DNA from: Cyanophyceae cyanobacterium
GTDB taxonomy: Bacteria > Cyanobacteriota > Cyanobacteriia > Cyanobacteriales > JAAUUE01
DNA length: 61,887 nucleotides
Reading direction: 5' to 3'
Assembly (NCBI GenBank): GCA_038321825.1
Contig: JBBQFK010000002.1
Span: forward strand, 1-61,887
The notes under the pieces are model-generated. The model did no database searches. It saw only the letters and a list, made by a program, of their open reading frames with translations, and was not told the DNA's origin. A program made the position numbers and the translations under genes. Below, piece by piece: positions 42,636 to 51,957 of the stretch (within the stretch, counting starts at the first letter, position 1; each line of letters starts with the position of its first letter).

Positions 42636-43025
42636 CTAGGGTACAGGCAGAAAAGACACATGGGCAAAAACAATCTTCCAACCTTGGGGGAATTTGTACC
42701 AATTTTGACTCTGCCTGCCATACCGGGGAGTGCCATTAATATTTCGTTTAAATTCTAAAATTACTGAAGCCGTATCTTCCCCGATCGTCACCACTTTAAG
42801 TTTGATTATTTCCCTCTTTAGGTTGACTGCTGGTCGCCCTTGGCGAAAATCTCGAATCTCTTCAATACCGTACAGATTTTCCGTTGCCCCCAACCGAATC
42901 ACCTCTGGAGAGTCCCAAAATAGCCGATCCATCGTGGCAATATCGTTGGTACACAGAGCAGTTTCGTATTCCCTATAAAGGGCAGTTAGCTCGGCAACAA
43001 GGGCAGGATTGTTAATTTCTGGCAT
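42636..43025 (-). CDS. AtzH-like / DUF3225 NTF2-fold protein
   Basis: 129 aa with a DRLFWDSPEVIRLGATENLYG...R pattern. Confidence 0.7.
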   Translation of the reverse strand: MPEINNPALVAELTALYREYETALCTNDIATMDRLFWDSPEVIRLGATENLYGIEEIRDFRQGRPAVNLKREIIKLKVVTIGEDTASVILEFKRNINGTPRYGRQSQNWYKFPQGWKIVFAHVSFLPVP

Positions 43026-43108
43026 AGTGTTTATTTCTGGAAGCTAGTGTTAAAATTCTTAAAGCAATTCTTAAAGATTTAAGATACCAGCTTTTCGATC
43101 GTCCACCG

Positions 43109-43903
43109 ATGAGAATTTACCGAGGTTTTAGGTTTTACATGGTTACATCATTCCAGACTAGTTCCCTGCCTTCATCTAGCAAAGTTCCTGAAGATTTCGG
43201 TTATCGAGGATTAATTATTGGGCTCACGGTTATTGGGACATGGGCAGTAAGTACAGGGTTTCTGTTTACGATTGATGTCAGCCAGACCCCCTTTTACTTG
43301 ATAATTCCTGCCATGTTCTGGCAAATTTTTCTCTACACTGGTTTATTTATCACTGCCCACGATGCCATGCACGGGGTAGTTTTTCCCCAGAATAAAACAA
43401 TTAATGATTTGGTGGGTAATGTCGCCGTTAAAATCTATGCTTTGTTTGATTATCAAAAGCTAGTCAAAAAACACTGGGAACACCATTATCATCCCGCTAG
43501 TGCCGAAGACCCCGACTACCACGAAGGAACTCACAAAAACTTTTTTATCTGGTATGCAAAATTCATGAGAACCCACTGGAGTTGGTGGCGGATTTTGGGC
43601 TTGAGCTTGCTATACAACGTGATCAAATCCCAGCTTCATATTCCTGATGACAATCTCACCCTATTTTGGGTATTGCCTTCCCTCCTCAGTTCGGTACAAC
43701 TTTTCTACTTTGGTACATACCTACCCCATCGAGAACCCGCAAAAGGTTATAGTGACGACCACCGAGCCACCAGCATCTACCGTCCCCTCTGGCTATCATT
43801 CATCACCTGTTATCACTTCGGCTACCACTGGGAACACCACGAGTATCCCCTCCTCCCTTGGTGGCAGTTACCCAATGCAAGAAAAACTCTTTTAGCTGAG
43901 TGA
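43109..43903 (+). CDS. crtW: Beta-carotene ketolase
   Basis: Histidine boxes TAHDAMHG, HWEHHYHP and HWEHHEYP, plus YFGTYLPH. An alternative start lies at 43139. Confidence 0.88.
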   Translation: MRIYRGFRFYMVTSFQTSSLPSSSKVPEDFGYRGLIIGLTVIGTWAVSTGFLFTIDVSQTPFYLIIPAMFWQIFLYTGLFITAHDAMHGVVFPQNKTINDLVGNVAVKIYALFDYQKLVKKHWEHHYHPASAEDPDYHEGTHKNFFIWYAKFMRTHWSWWRILGLSLLYNVIKSQLHIPDDNLTLFWVLPSLLSSVQLFYFGTYLPHREPAKGYSDDHRATSIYRPLWLSFITCYHFGYHWEHHEYPLLPWWQLPNARKTLLAE

Positions 43904-43963
43904 TATACTTTCCCGTTCATCTAAGGGTATAGTGAGAGCTTCTCCCCTTCACTGTGAGCAATA

Positions 43964-44034
43964 CCCACCTTACGTCTACCAATAGCAATGCTCACCAATA
44001 GCAGAGACACAACTATTTTACGTAAATCCTGTAA
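43964..44034. repeat. Dispersed short repeat, family 2 copy
   Basis: CCCACCTTACGTCTACCAATAGC...TTTTACGTAAATCCTGTAA abuts the deoC stop codon. Confidence 0.55.
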
Positions 44035-44700
44035 TTAAGAAGACAACTCTCCTAGCTCTTCCATCAGGTTCACGCCCCTCGAAGTCCCTAGGCGAGTCGC
44101 TCCGGCAGTGATTAGTTCTGCGGCTTGGGCATAGGTTTTGATGCCACCAGAGGCTTTGATCCCTACAGATCCTCTGGTGATTTCTTGCAACAGTCGGATA
44201 TCGGCAACGGTAGCTCCCCCCCGCCAGCCCGTACTAGTTTTCAGGAAGGCGACTCCCGCATCTAGGCAGATAGCAGCAGCTAAACGAATTTCATCGGGGG
44301 TTAATAAACTGGTTTCTAATATTGCCTTGACTGGCCGATCGCTCTCCTCACAAATTTGAGCAATATCTTGATAGACTTCTTCTTTCTTCCCTGCCTTCAG
44401 CCAACCTAAATTAATTACCACATCTAATTCATCGGCTCCTCTATCTACTGCTTCTTGGGCTTCATAGAGCTTGCTACCAGAAGTTGTTGCCCCGGTGGGA
44501 AAGCCAATTACCGTGCATACCTTGGGCTTTTTACCGTGGAGGAGTTGGGCAGCTTGATGGACGGCGCTGGGATAGACGCAGACAGAGGCAAAGTTGTAGC
44601 GATCGGCTTCTTCGCAACATTGGATCACCATATCTGGGGTAGCGCAGGGGTCGAGGAGAGAATGATCAATAAAGGGAGCGAGGTCTATAAGTTGTTCCAT
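44035..44700 (-). CDS. deoC: Deoxyribose-phosphate aldolase
   Basis: 221 aa with IDHSLL, VCVYP, VIGFPTG and FLKTSTG (Schiff-base Lys) motifs. Confidence 0.93.
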   Translation of the reverse strand: MEQLIDLAPFIDHSLLDPCATPDMVIQCCEEADRYNFASVCVYPSAVHQAAQLLHGKKPKVCTVIGFPTGATTSGSKLYEAQEAVDRGADELDVVINLGWLKAGKKEEVYQDIAQICEESDRPVKAILETSLLTPDEIRLAAAICLDAGVAFLKTSTGWRGGATVADIRLLQEITRGSVGIKASGGIKTYAQAAELITAGATRLGTSRGVNLMEELGELSS

Positions 44701-44723
44701 AGGATTTTGAGAGGGAATTATTT

Positions 44724-45524
44724 ATGGGATTGGGGCGGAAATTAGTTAAAGGATTAAAGGGATTAATAGGAGCCTTGGTTTTTTATACCCGTTTGCCTGT
44801 TTCGGAAAAGATTCCCTACGAAATTGATCGAATTGGACGGTTTGCTCCGGTGGTGGGCTTGCTCCTAGGGATTTGTCTAGTAATTGGGAATCGGGGGCTG
44901 GAGTGGCTGGGAATAGGGAGTTTCAGTCGGGCTGTTTTATTGGTTTGTCTTTGGTGTTTGCTGACGGGAGGCTTACATTTAGACGGGGTGATGGATACGG
45001 CTGATGGGTTGGCTGTGCAAAATCCGCAACTCCGGCTCCGAGTGATGCAAGATAGCCAAACAGGAGCTTTTGGGGTGATGGCTGGGGGATTGTTAATCTT
45101 ACTAAAGGTAGCATTTTTAACAGACTTGGAATATAGTAATACCTTTATTTATAGCTTAAGGTTTTGGGCGTTGTTACTCGCTCCAGTCTGGGGCAGGTGG
45201 GGACAGGTGCTGGCGATCGCTCTCTATCCCTATCTACGACCAACGGGGAAAGGGGCTTTTTTGAAAGCAGAAATGCAGTTACCCATAGATTTTCTCTGGG
45301 GTGCAGGATGCCTGATCTTATTCACGGGGCTACAAATCTGGGGAACAGGGAACTTACCATTTACTCTGGGGTTATTTCTCGGCGGCGGGTCGATCTCTTG
45401 GGGAGTGGGCTATTGGTTTTATAAGCGTTTGGGTGGACACACGGGGGATTCCTACGGGGCAGTGGTGGAGTGGACAGAGGCGGCTTTTTTGGGATTGGTG
45501 CTGGTGGTCGATCGATTCACCTAA
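44724..45524 (+). CDS. cobS: Adenosylcobinamide-GDP ribazoletransferase (cobalamin synthase)
   Basis: 266-aa polytopic membrane protein with FYTRLPV and GGLHLDGVMDTADG motifs. Confidence 0.9.
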   Translation: MGLGRKLVKGLKGLIGALVFYTRLPVSEKIPYEIDRIGRFAPVVGLLLGICLVIGNRGLEWLGIGSFSRAVLLVCLWCLLTGGLHLDGVMDTADGLAVQNPQLRLRVMQDSQTGAFGVMAGGLLILLKVAFLTDLEYSNTFIYSLRFWALLLAPVWGRWGQVLAIALYPYLRPTGKGAFLKAEMQLPIDFLWGAGCLILFTGLQIWGTGNLPFTLGLFLGGGSISWGVGYWFYKRLGGHTGDSYGAVVEWTEAAFLGLVLVVDRFT

Positions 45525-45633
45525 AAAATACTTCCCTTAAAATAAAAATTCCCTTGAAAGCTAATTCACCTAAAAATTGAAGAGAACTTTGTGATAATTG
45601 TCAAAATCAAGAGAACTTAATTGTATGTTTTAG

Positions 45634-45668
45634 AATCAATAATCAATAATCAATAATCAATAATCAAG
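45634..45668. repeat. 7-bp tandem repeat x5 (AATCAAT)
   Basis: Read directly. It ends 15 nt upstream of the dacB ATG. Confidence 0.9.
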
Positions 45669-45683
45669 AAGAAATAATTAACA

Positions 45684-47375
45684 ATGCCCAGAAATAATAG
45701 TTATATACTTTCACCCCTTGCCTTATCTTTAGTTTTCTCTCTAGTTACTCAAACGATCGCCAGTGCCATGCCTTCAAAATTGGGGCAATTAGCAACTGAG
45801 GTAAATTTAACTTCTGGGATAACTCTTAGATCAACTTCTGGATCAACTTCTGGATCAACTTCTGGATCAACTTCTGAGCATGGGTTAATGTCTGACAAGG
45901 TTGCAGATCAAAGAATCTCGACAACTAGGCAACCACGGCGGAGTCTGGAAGGGCGGGAAGAATTACCGCTAGAATCTTTGCCCAAAGCCGATCGACCCCA
46001 AGAAGCTGGAGAAAAACAAACTAATTTCTGTGCTAATCAGTTGGCTAGCTCCATCGACCGGACTATCCGGGAAGAAGGTTTAGATCGATCGCAACTAGGA
46101 ATTTTAGTTACAGGAGTGAATAGCAATCAAGAATTTTATAACCTGAATGGCGATCGATTGATTGTCACTGCTTCTACGGTCAAGCTCCTAACTTCGGCAG
46201 CAATTTTGCATCAACTGGGGGCAGAGCATCAGATTCGCACTTCTATCTATGATCCCGGTGATAACTCCTTGGTGGCGATCGGGCGGGGAGACCCCAGCTT
46301 AGATAATGCTCAATTTCAACGCCTAGGGCAACAACTCCGAAACCAAGGCAAAGGCAATATTAACCTCTTGATTGGGGATGATAGTTATTTTCAAGGAAAT
46401 TTATTTAATCCGGCTTGGACTTGGGTTGATATCGAAAATGGGGATGCACCACCCGTTAGTAGCTTGGTAGTTAACCAGAGTTATGTGTATCTAAATCTGT
46501 CTCCACAACGGGTAGGCAGTCCTCTACGGTTGAGCTGGAGTGATCCCCTCGCAGGCAATCAGTGGCAAGTGAGCAACAATACCCGGACTGGTGGCAGTAG
46601 CTCTTCGATCCAGATTAACTTCAATCCCAATGAAAATATTTTACGGTTAGGTGGAAATTTGGCAGCCAATCGAGGGGCGGAGGAATTTGGTTTATCGATT
46701 ATGGAGCCGAGTTTGTATTTTGTGCAACGGCTCCAAGCAGAATTAAGTAGTTTGGGAATTGTAGTGAATCAAGCGAAGGTACAGAGTAGTCGATCGCCCC
46801 TCGCAATTCCTGAGCTTTGGCAAGAAGTCGCCGCCGTAGAATCTGCCCCAATGAGGGAACTGTTAAAGGAAATGAATAGCGATAGTAATAATTTCTACGC
46901 TGAAATGTTGGTGCGTCAACTAGGAAAGGTCACAGCAGGGGACGATCGCAACTGGTTAGCGGCGGTGGAAAATACCTTAACGGGGTTAGGGGTAAATCCC
47001 AACGGTTATCGCCTTGTGGATGCTTCAGGACTAGCACGGCAAAATCAGGTATCTCCTAGGGCGATCGTCCAAACCCTCCAAGCAATGGCAAAAACTCCAG
47101 AAGCAGAGGCTTATCGAAATTCCCTCGCCCTCGCTGGGGAAACTGGCACTCTCAGGAACCGTTTACGGAATACCCCTGCTACTCGTATTTTCTGGGGTAA
47201 GACTGGTACTCTCCGGGGCGTAGTGGCTCTTTCTGGTTATTTGAATAATCCCGACAATGAGCCGTTAGCTGTGAGTATCACTGTGAATAATCCCCAAAAA
47301 TCCCTTGCAGATCTGCGGTTTGCTGTCGATCGTCTCGTAGTCCAAATAAGTCGATTACGCTCTTGTAAACAGTGA
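45684..47375 (+). CDS. dacB: D-alanyl-D-alanine carboxypeptidase/endopeptidase (PBP4 family)
   Basis: 563 aa with a signal peptide, the active-site ASTVKL (SxxK), and GKTGTL (KTG). It has an N-terminal (STSG)4 repeat. Confidence 0.88.
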   Translation: MPRNNSYILSPLALSLVFSLVTQTIASAMPSKLGQLATEVNLTSGITLRSTSGSTSGSTSGSTSEHGLMSDKVADQRISTTRQPRRSLEGREELPLESLPKADRPQEAGEKQTNFCANQLASSIDRTIREEGLDRSQLGILVTGVNSNQEFYNLNGDRLIVTASTVKLLTSAAILHQLGAEHQIRTSIYDPGDNSLVAIGRGDPSLDNAQFQRLGQQLRNQGKGNINLLIGDDSYFQGNLFNPAWTWVDIENGDAPPVSSLVVNQSYVYLNLSPQRVGSPLRLSWSDPLAGNQWQVSNNTRTGGSSSSIQINFNPNENILRLGGNLAANRGAEEFGLSIMEPSLYFVQRLQAELSSLGIVVNQAKVQSSRSPLAIPELWQEVAAVESAPMRELLKEMNSDSNNFYAEMLVRQLGKVTAGDDRNWLAAVENTLTGLGVNPNGYRLVDASGLARQNQVSPRAIVQTLQAMAKTPEAEAYRNSLALAGETGTLRNRLRNTPATRIFWGKTGTLRGVVALSGYLNNPDNEPLAVSITVNNPQKSLADLRFAVDRLVVQISRLRSCKQ

Positions 47376-47483
47376 ATAGTTATCAGTGAACAGTGAAGAG
47401 TTACCAGTAAACAGCAAGAATTGATAAATGATGCTTCGATAAGTTTTACAATTAAGCCTGTTGAACTGCTTAGTAAAAGTAAG

Positions 47484-47525
47484 TAACTCTGATAACTGGT
47501 AACTGATAACTGATAACTGATAATT
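47484..47525. repeat. 7-bp tandem repeat about x6 (GATAACT), STRR-like
   Basis: Read directly. It ends 5 nt upstream of the ATG at 47531. Confidence 0.9.
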
Positions 47526-47530
47526 GATTT

Positions 47531-48463
47531 ATGGCGCAATCGATCGAGAAACTGGAAATAGATCTGGCAAAACTAGAATTAGCGATCGCCGATCTCTGTC
47601 AACAATTGACCACCATCTATCCTCCCTACCTCAAACTCTTTGGGGAAACTATTCGCCGCCAGTTAATCATGGCAGTGTATCAAATCTGCACGGATACCCA
47701 TCCCCAAACTTTTCTGCAAATGTCCCTGACCAAAAGATCAGATCTCCAGACTAAAATTAAGCACATTGCCCACGGCATCCAGCAGCAAATTTTAGCCCCT
47801 TTAGAAAATCTGCGAGAAATTACGACTTCTGGCTCTTCCCCGGAACTTACTGATACGCTAGATAATCTGCCAAGTAATTCATCTAGTAATTTATCAACTA
47901 ATTTACCAAGTAATTCACCAAGTAATTTACCAACTAAAGCATCGGGCGATTCTCCAAAGGAGAGGCTACACCAACGACAATCTGGAAAAATTAAAGCTCT
48001 TGTGCATTGGCAAAAACAAACAGATACAGAGATTAATCAACTATTGCAACAGGCTTCCCAAGAAGTAAATCAAGTCCTCCACCAAGCCGGATTACTCACC
48101 CAAAAACTGCCCATCGGACTTCTAGAAGCTGCCGCCAAAATGGAATCCCTGAACGCCACTGCCATTGTTGGCAAGCCCAGCATTCTGAACTTGATGATGG
48201 AAGTAGAAAGTCTCCGGGAAGGAGAAGATGATGACTTGGAAGTAGAGGAATCTACCCAGAAGGAACCTATTGGTTTAACTGCTGTGTATCTCCGGTGGAC
48301 AGAACTAGAATTTCATAGTCCAGAGTTGAGTGTGGCAGCGCAGACAATTCGATCGACCGTTGGCAAACTCCACAACCTTGATCGAGAGTATCATCGCCTG
48401 TTAAAATATTATCAAGTCGCCCGTGCCCAAGCTACTTGGCGATCGAGTTGGGTAGATGATTAG
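47531..48463 (+). CDS. Hypothetical protein with a Ser/Asn/Leu/Pro repeat
   Basis: 310-aa ORF with host-like composition (CGATCG sites). No family recognised. Confidence 0.65.
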   Translation: MAQSIEKLEIDLAKLELAIADLCQQLTTIYPPYLKLFGETIRRQLIMAVYQICTDTHPQTFLQMSLTKRSDLQTKIKHIAHGIQQQILAPLENLREITTSGSSPELTDTLDNLPSNSSSNLSTNLPSNSPSNLPTKASGDSPKERLHQRQSGKIKALVHWQKQTDTEINQLLQQASQEVNQVLHQAGLLTQKLPIGLLEAAAKMESLNATAIVGKPSILNLMMEVESLREGEDDDLEVEESTQKEPIGLTAVYLRWTELEFHSPELSVAAQTIRSTVGKLHNLDREYHRLLKYYQVARAQATWRSSWVDD

Positions 48464-48550
48464 AGCCTATCCCCGCTCAGATTTTTTTCAAAACCACCTC
48501 AACAATGCCTTGAAACTCCCTAGGAAATTCTTTAATTTTCTCCAGCCACC

Positions 48551-49153
48551 ATGCTCCATCTCTACGAATATGCCCCTTCTGGGAATTGCTACAAAATCCG
48601 CCTCCTGCTGACCCAGTTAGGAATTCTTTTTCAACGGACTCATCTGGATATCCTTAATAAGGAAACTAGAACCCCAGAATTTTTGGCAAAAAATCCTAAC
48701 GGCAGAACTCCTTTGTTAGAGTTGGAGCCGGGAAAGTTCTTAGCTGAATCTAATGCAATTTTGTTTTACCTCAGTGCCGAAACCCAATTTTTTCCGGTGG
48801 ATCCTTGGGAGAGAGCGCAGGTAATGCAGTGGTTATTTTTTGAACAATATAGCCATGAACCCTACATTGCCACCCTCAGATTTTGGATTAGTTATCTCCA
48901 CAAAGCCGAAGAATTTGCTATAGAAATTGCCAAACGCAAGGAGCAGGGTTATGCCGCTTTGCGAGTGATGGAGCAACACTTAAGTAGTCGTGATTATTTT
49001 GTCGGCGAGAAATACACTATTGCTGATATTAGTTTATTTGCTTACACTCATGTGGCGGCGGAAGGGGATTTTGATCTCAGCGAGTTTACCCATATTTTGC
49101 GCTGGATCGATCGAGTCAAGGCTCAACCCAACTACATCAGTATTACCGACTAG
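48551..49153 (+). CDS. Glutathione S-transferase
   Basis: 200 aa with an N-terminal thioredoxin-like GST domain (PSGNCYKIRLLL, NPNGRTPLLE, ESNAIL) and a C-terminal helical domain. Confidence 0.88.
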   Translation: MLHLYEYAPSGNCYKIRLLLTQLGILFQRTHLDILNKETRTPEFLAKNPNGRTPLLELEPGKFLAESNAILFYLSAETQFFPVDPWERAQVMQWLFFEQYSHEPYIATLRFWISYLHKAEEFAIEIAKRKEQGYAALRVMEQHLSSRDYFVGEKYTIADISLFAYTHVAAEGDFDLSEFTHILRWIDRVKAQPNYISITD

Positions 49154-49383
49154 TGACTAGTAGCTCCTGATTTAGGAGATAATGCAATAATGGTGATCAT
49201 AAATTATGGTGTTTTTCAATCTTCAAGAATTTTTGTAAAACCCCTTAACCTGTTGCCTAAAATTTATGGCCAGTTTATTTTCTGTTTATTGTCTGTCTAT
49301 TGTCTGCAATTACTTTGCAAATTATTTCCTAGATATTTTCCTGAATTTTCTAAATTTCCTAAATTAAGAGCGATCGCCGTCCC

Positions 49384-51618
49384 ATGCAAGAAATCCTATA
49401 CCTAGAAATTCCCACCCCCCATACTTCTCAAGTTATCCAGTGGCTCCAGCAGCATTGGCAGCCCAGCCACGGGGAAATTAGACCTAGTTCAGATGGGGTA
49501 CAGTGGTATGCAGCTCGACCCGACTCGATCGCTCCCCAGTTAGATTCTGTAAATTCTATGGCTTCTGTGAATTCTATGGCTTCTGTGAATTCTGTAAGTT
49601 CTGTAGATTCTGTCGCTACATTGGAGCCAGACCCGGTTGCCCCATCGCCCTTGGGAGAAATCAATATTTTTCTGTGGTCATTGCAGAGGACTACCTACCT
49701 GAAGGCTTTTCGCTATCAAGCCCAACCCATTCCCCAAGAATCTGTCCTTCTTGCCCAACTCCAACAGCAACTAAGGATTGAATTTCCTCCCCAGTATCCA
49801 GAGCCGCCCTCGATCGATCCCCAAGTTTCTATTTTCACTGCCCTCGAACCCCACTACCCCCAAACTGTTAAATTCTTCAAAAAAATCCCCCGAGGAGAAG
49901 CAGACCTCAACCGGGTTTATTGGTGGGAGCAGCGCTGGCGAGAGGGAGTCCGCAATCCCCAAACCCCGAAGCAAGTTTTATTTGCTGATCCTGTGAAAAG
50001 TAATCCTAGCAATCCAGAGTCACCCACCTACGACTTAGTTTACCTAGGGGGAGCCTTGGGAGTGATCCATGCGGCAGTGATGGCAAGGCTGGGTTATAAA
50101 GTCCTACTGGTGGAGCGTTTAGGCTTTGGCAGAATGAACCGGGAATGGAATATCTCCAGAGATGAGTTCCAGAGTTTAATTGACTTGGGTTTGTTTACAC
50201 CAAGCCAGTTTACCAGTGTGATTGCCAAGGAATATCTAGATGGATTTAATAAGTTTTTTGATGCCAACAATCCTCCCAACCTACAATCCCCAATTTTGCA
50301 CACTCCCAAGGTGTTAAATATTTGCATTGATGCGGAAAAACTCCTGCAACTCTGTGGGGAAAAACTCCGGGCTGCGGGGGGAGAAATTTGGGATCAGACG
50401 GAGTTTATTTCTGCCAATATCGCCGTCGATCGAGCTACCCTCAACCTCACACATTTACCGACTAAAACCCAGAAAACAGTAACTACAAGATTAATTGTGG
50501 ATGCCATGGGAACCGCTTCCCCGATCGCTTGGCAGTTGAATGGGGGCAGGGCTTTTGATAGCGTGTGTCCTACGGTGGGCGGGGTGGTGAGTAAGGGTTT
50601 TGATCCCGAAGTCTGGGATCTTGACTACGGCGATGTCTTAAATAGTCACGGAGATATTTCCCGTGGCAGACAGCTAATTTGGGAACTCTTCCCCGGTGCA
50701 AATGGTGAAATTACTATCTATCTATTCCACTACCATCAGGTGAATGCCACCAACCCCGGCTCCTTGCTGGAAATGTACGAAGACTTTTTTACTATCCTGC
50801 CAGAATATCGGCGCTGTGACATGGAAAAACTGGAGTGGCGCAAGGCAACTTTTGGTTATATTCCGGGGCATTTTAGTGTGGGGAGTCGCGATCGTACCGT
50901 GGCTTTCGATCGATTAATTACCATTGGTGATGCTGCTTCTTTGCAATCTCCCCTCGTGTTTACGGGCTTCGGCTCCCTAGTGCGAAATTTAGGCAGGTTA
51001 ACTCATCTCTTGGATACGGCTCTCAAACATGACCTCCTCAAGGCAGAGAACCTAAACCAAATCCGGGCTTACCAGAGTAATACGGCGGTGACATGGCTCT
51101 TTTCTAAGGGGATGATGGTACCGACGGGGGTGAGTCTTCCTCCCCAGAGAATCAACTCCATGCTGAATACCTTTTTTGGGATTTTAGCCGATGAACCTAG
51201 TGCGATCGCCGATACTTTCATCAAAGACCGCACTAACTGGCTCACCTTCAACCGTCTTGCCCTCAAAGCTGCCATCAGAAACCCCGGCTTACTAATCTGG
51301 ATTTGGCAGTTGGCAGGATTCAAGGATATTTTTCGGTGGCTGGGTAGCTATGTAGATTTCACCCTAACGGCTTTTGTTAGTTGGTTGATGGCGGGTTGGG
51401 TTCCCCAGCTTTTCCAAAAATATCAATCTTGGCTAGAATCCAAATTTCCAGCTTTGTGGCTGCGTTGCTTGGCCCAAACCTATGCTTGGACTCATGGCTT
51501 AGGGAAAAATCAAGGATCTAAAACTACTGAAAAAATTCTCAAGCCTCCCATGAAAAACTCGCTCCCGGTCGATCGACCCCTCGTGGCTCCCATACCGCCC
51601 CAGAAAACTAACAATTGA
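49384..51618 (+). CDS. FAD-dependent oxidoreductase with long N-terminal extension (possibly CruA/CruP lycopene cyclase family)
   Basis: 744 aa with the dinucleotide-binding region DLVYLGGALGVIHAAVMARLGYKVLLVER followed by NREWNISRDEF. The family assignment is tentative. It contains an N-terminal 24-aa repeat insert. Confidence 0.8.
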   Translation: MQEILYLEIPTPHTSQVIQWLQQHWQPSHGEIRPSSDGVQWYAARPDSIAPQLDSVNSMASVNSMASVNSVSSVDSVATLEPDPVAPSPLGEINIFLWSLQRTTYLKAFRYQAQPIPQESVLLAQLQQQLRIEFPPQYPEPPSIDPQVSIFTALEPHYPQTVKFFKKIPRGEADLNRVYWWEQRWREGVRNPQTPKQVLFADPVKSNPSNPESPTYDLVYLGGALGVIHAAVMARLGYKVLLVERLGFGRMNREWNISRDEFQSLIDLGLFTPSQFTSVIAKEYLDGFNKFFDANNPPNLQSPILHTPKVLNICIDAEKLLQLCGEKLRAAGGEIWDQTEFISANIAVDRATLNLTHLPTKTQKTVTTRLIVDAMGTASPIAWQLNGGRAFDSVCPTVGGVVSKGFDPEVWDLDYGDVLNSHGDISRGRQLIWELFPGANGEITIYLFHYHQVNATNPGSLLEMYEDFFTILPEYRRCDMEKLEWRKATFGYIPGHFSVGSRDRTVAFDRLITIGDAASLQSPLVFTGFGSLVRNLGRLTHLLDTALKHDLLKAENLNQIRAYQSNTAVTWLFSKGMMVPTGVSLPPQRINSMLNTFFGILADEPSAIADTFIKDRTNWLTFNRLALKAAIRNPGLLIWIWQLAGFKDIFRWLGSYVDFTLTAFVSWLMAGWVPQLFQKYQSWLESKFPALWLRCLAQTYAWTHGLGKNQGSKTTEKILKPPMKNSLPVDRPLVAPIPPQKTNN

Positions 51619-51824
51619 TTGTGTGGTTAGGGCTTAGGCAAAATAAGGTTTTTATCTACGGGTGATGTAAGGTAGGCATTGTCCACAATACGAACTCAAG
51701 GGTTGACAGCCTAATGTTGTAATGTATAATCTCTTTTTTTCTAAATTCCTGAATTATTTGTAGCGTTGTCAGAAATCTAGGCTTGAATTAAAACTTGAAA
51801 ATCTTTAGGGGTTTAAGATCAGAA

Positions 51825-51863
51825 AGAGAACCGACGACTTGCCGTGTTTCGTCTCGGTTCTCT
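51825..51863 (-). terminator. Strong hairpin, probable thrB terminator
   Basis: AGAGAACCGACGAC (51825-51838) pairs with TCGTCTCGGTTCTCT (51849-51863) with a 2-nt bulge. On the minus strand it is followed by TTTCTGATCTT. Confidence 0.45.
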
Positions 51864-51957
51864 AACTGGTTCGCTCCTCACACAAGATTTATAATAATCG
51901 CTCTCAATTCATTTGTCAAGACTTTTACATAAATTTAATGAGAACTAGTTAGAAGTT

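Noticed and set aside
44455-44745. 96-aa plus-strand ORF bridging deoC and cobS.
   Set aside because: It is antisense to the deoC 5' region and out of frame with cobS, and both neighbours have strong family signatures.
49190-49405. 71-aa plus-strand ORF upstream of the FAD-oxidoreductase gene.
   Set aside because: It lies in an AT-rich leader region, has a hydrophobic low-complexity product, runs into the start of the 744-aa gene in another frame, and has no motifs.
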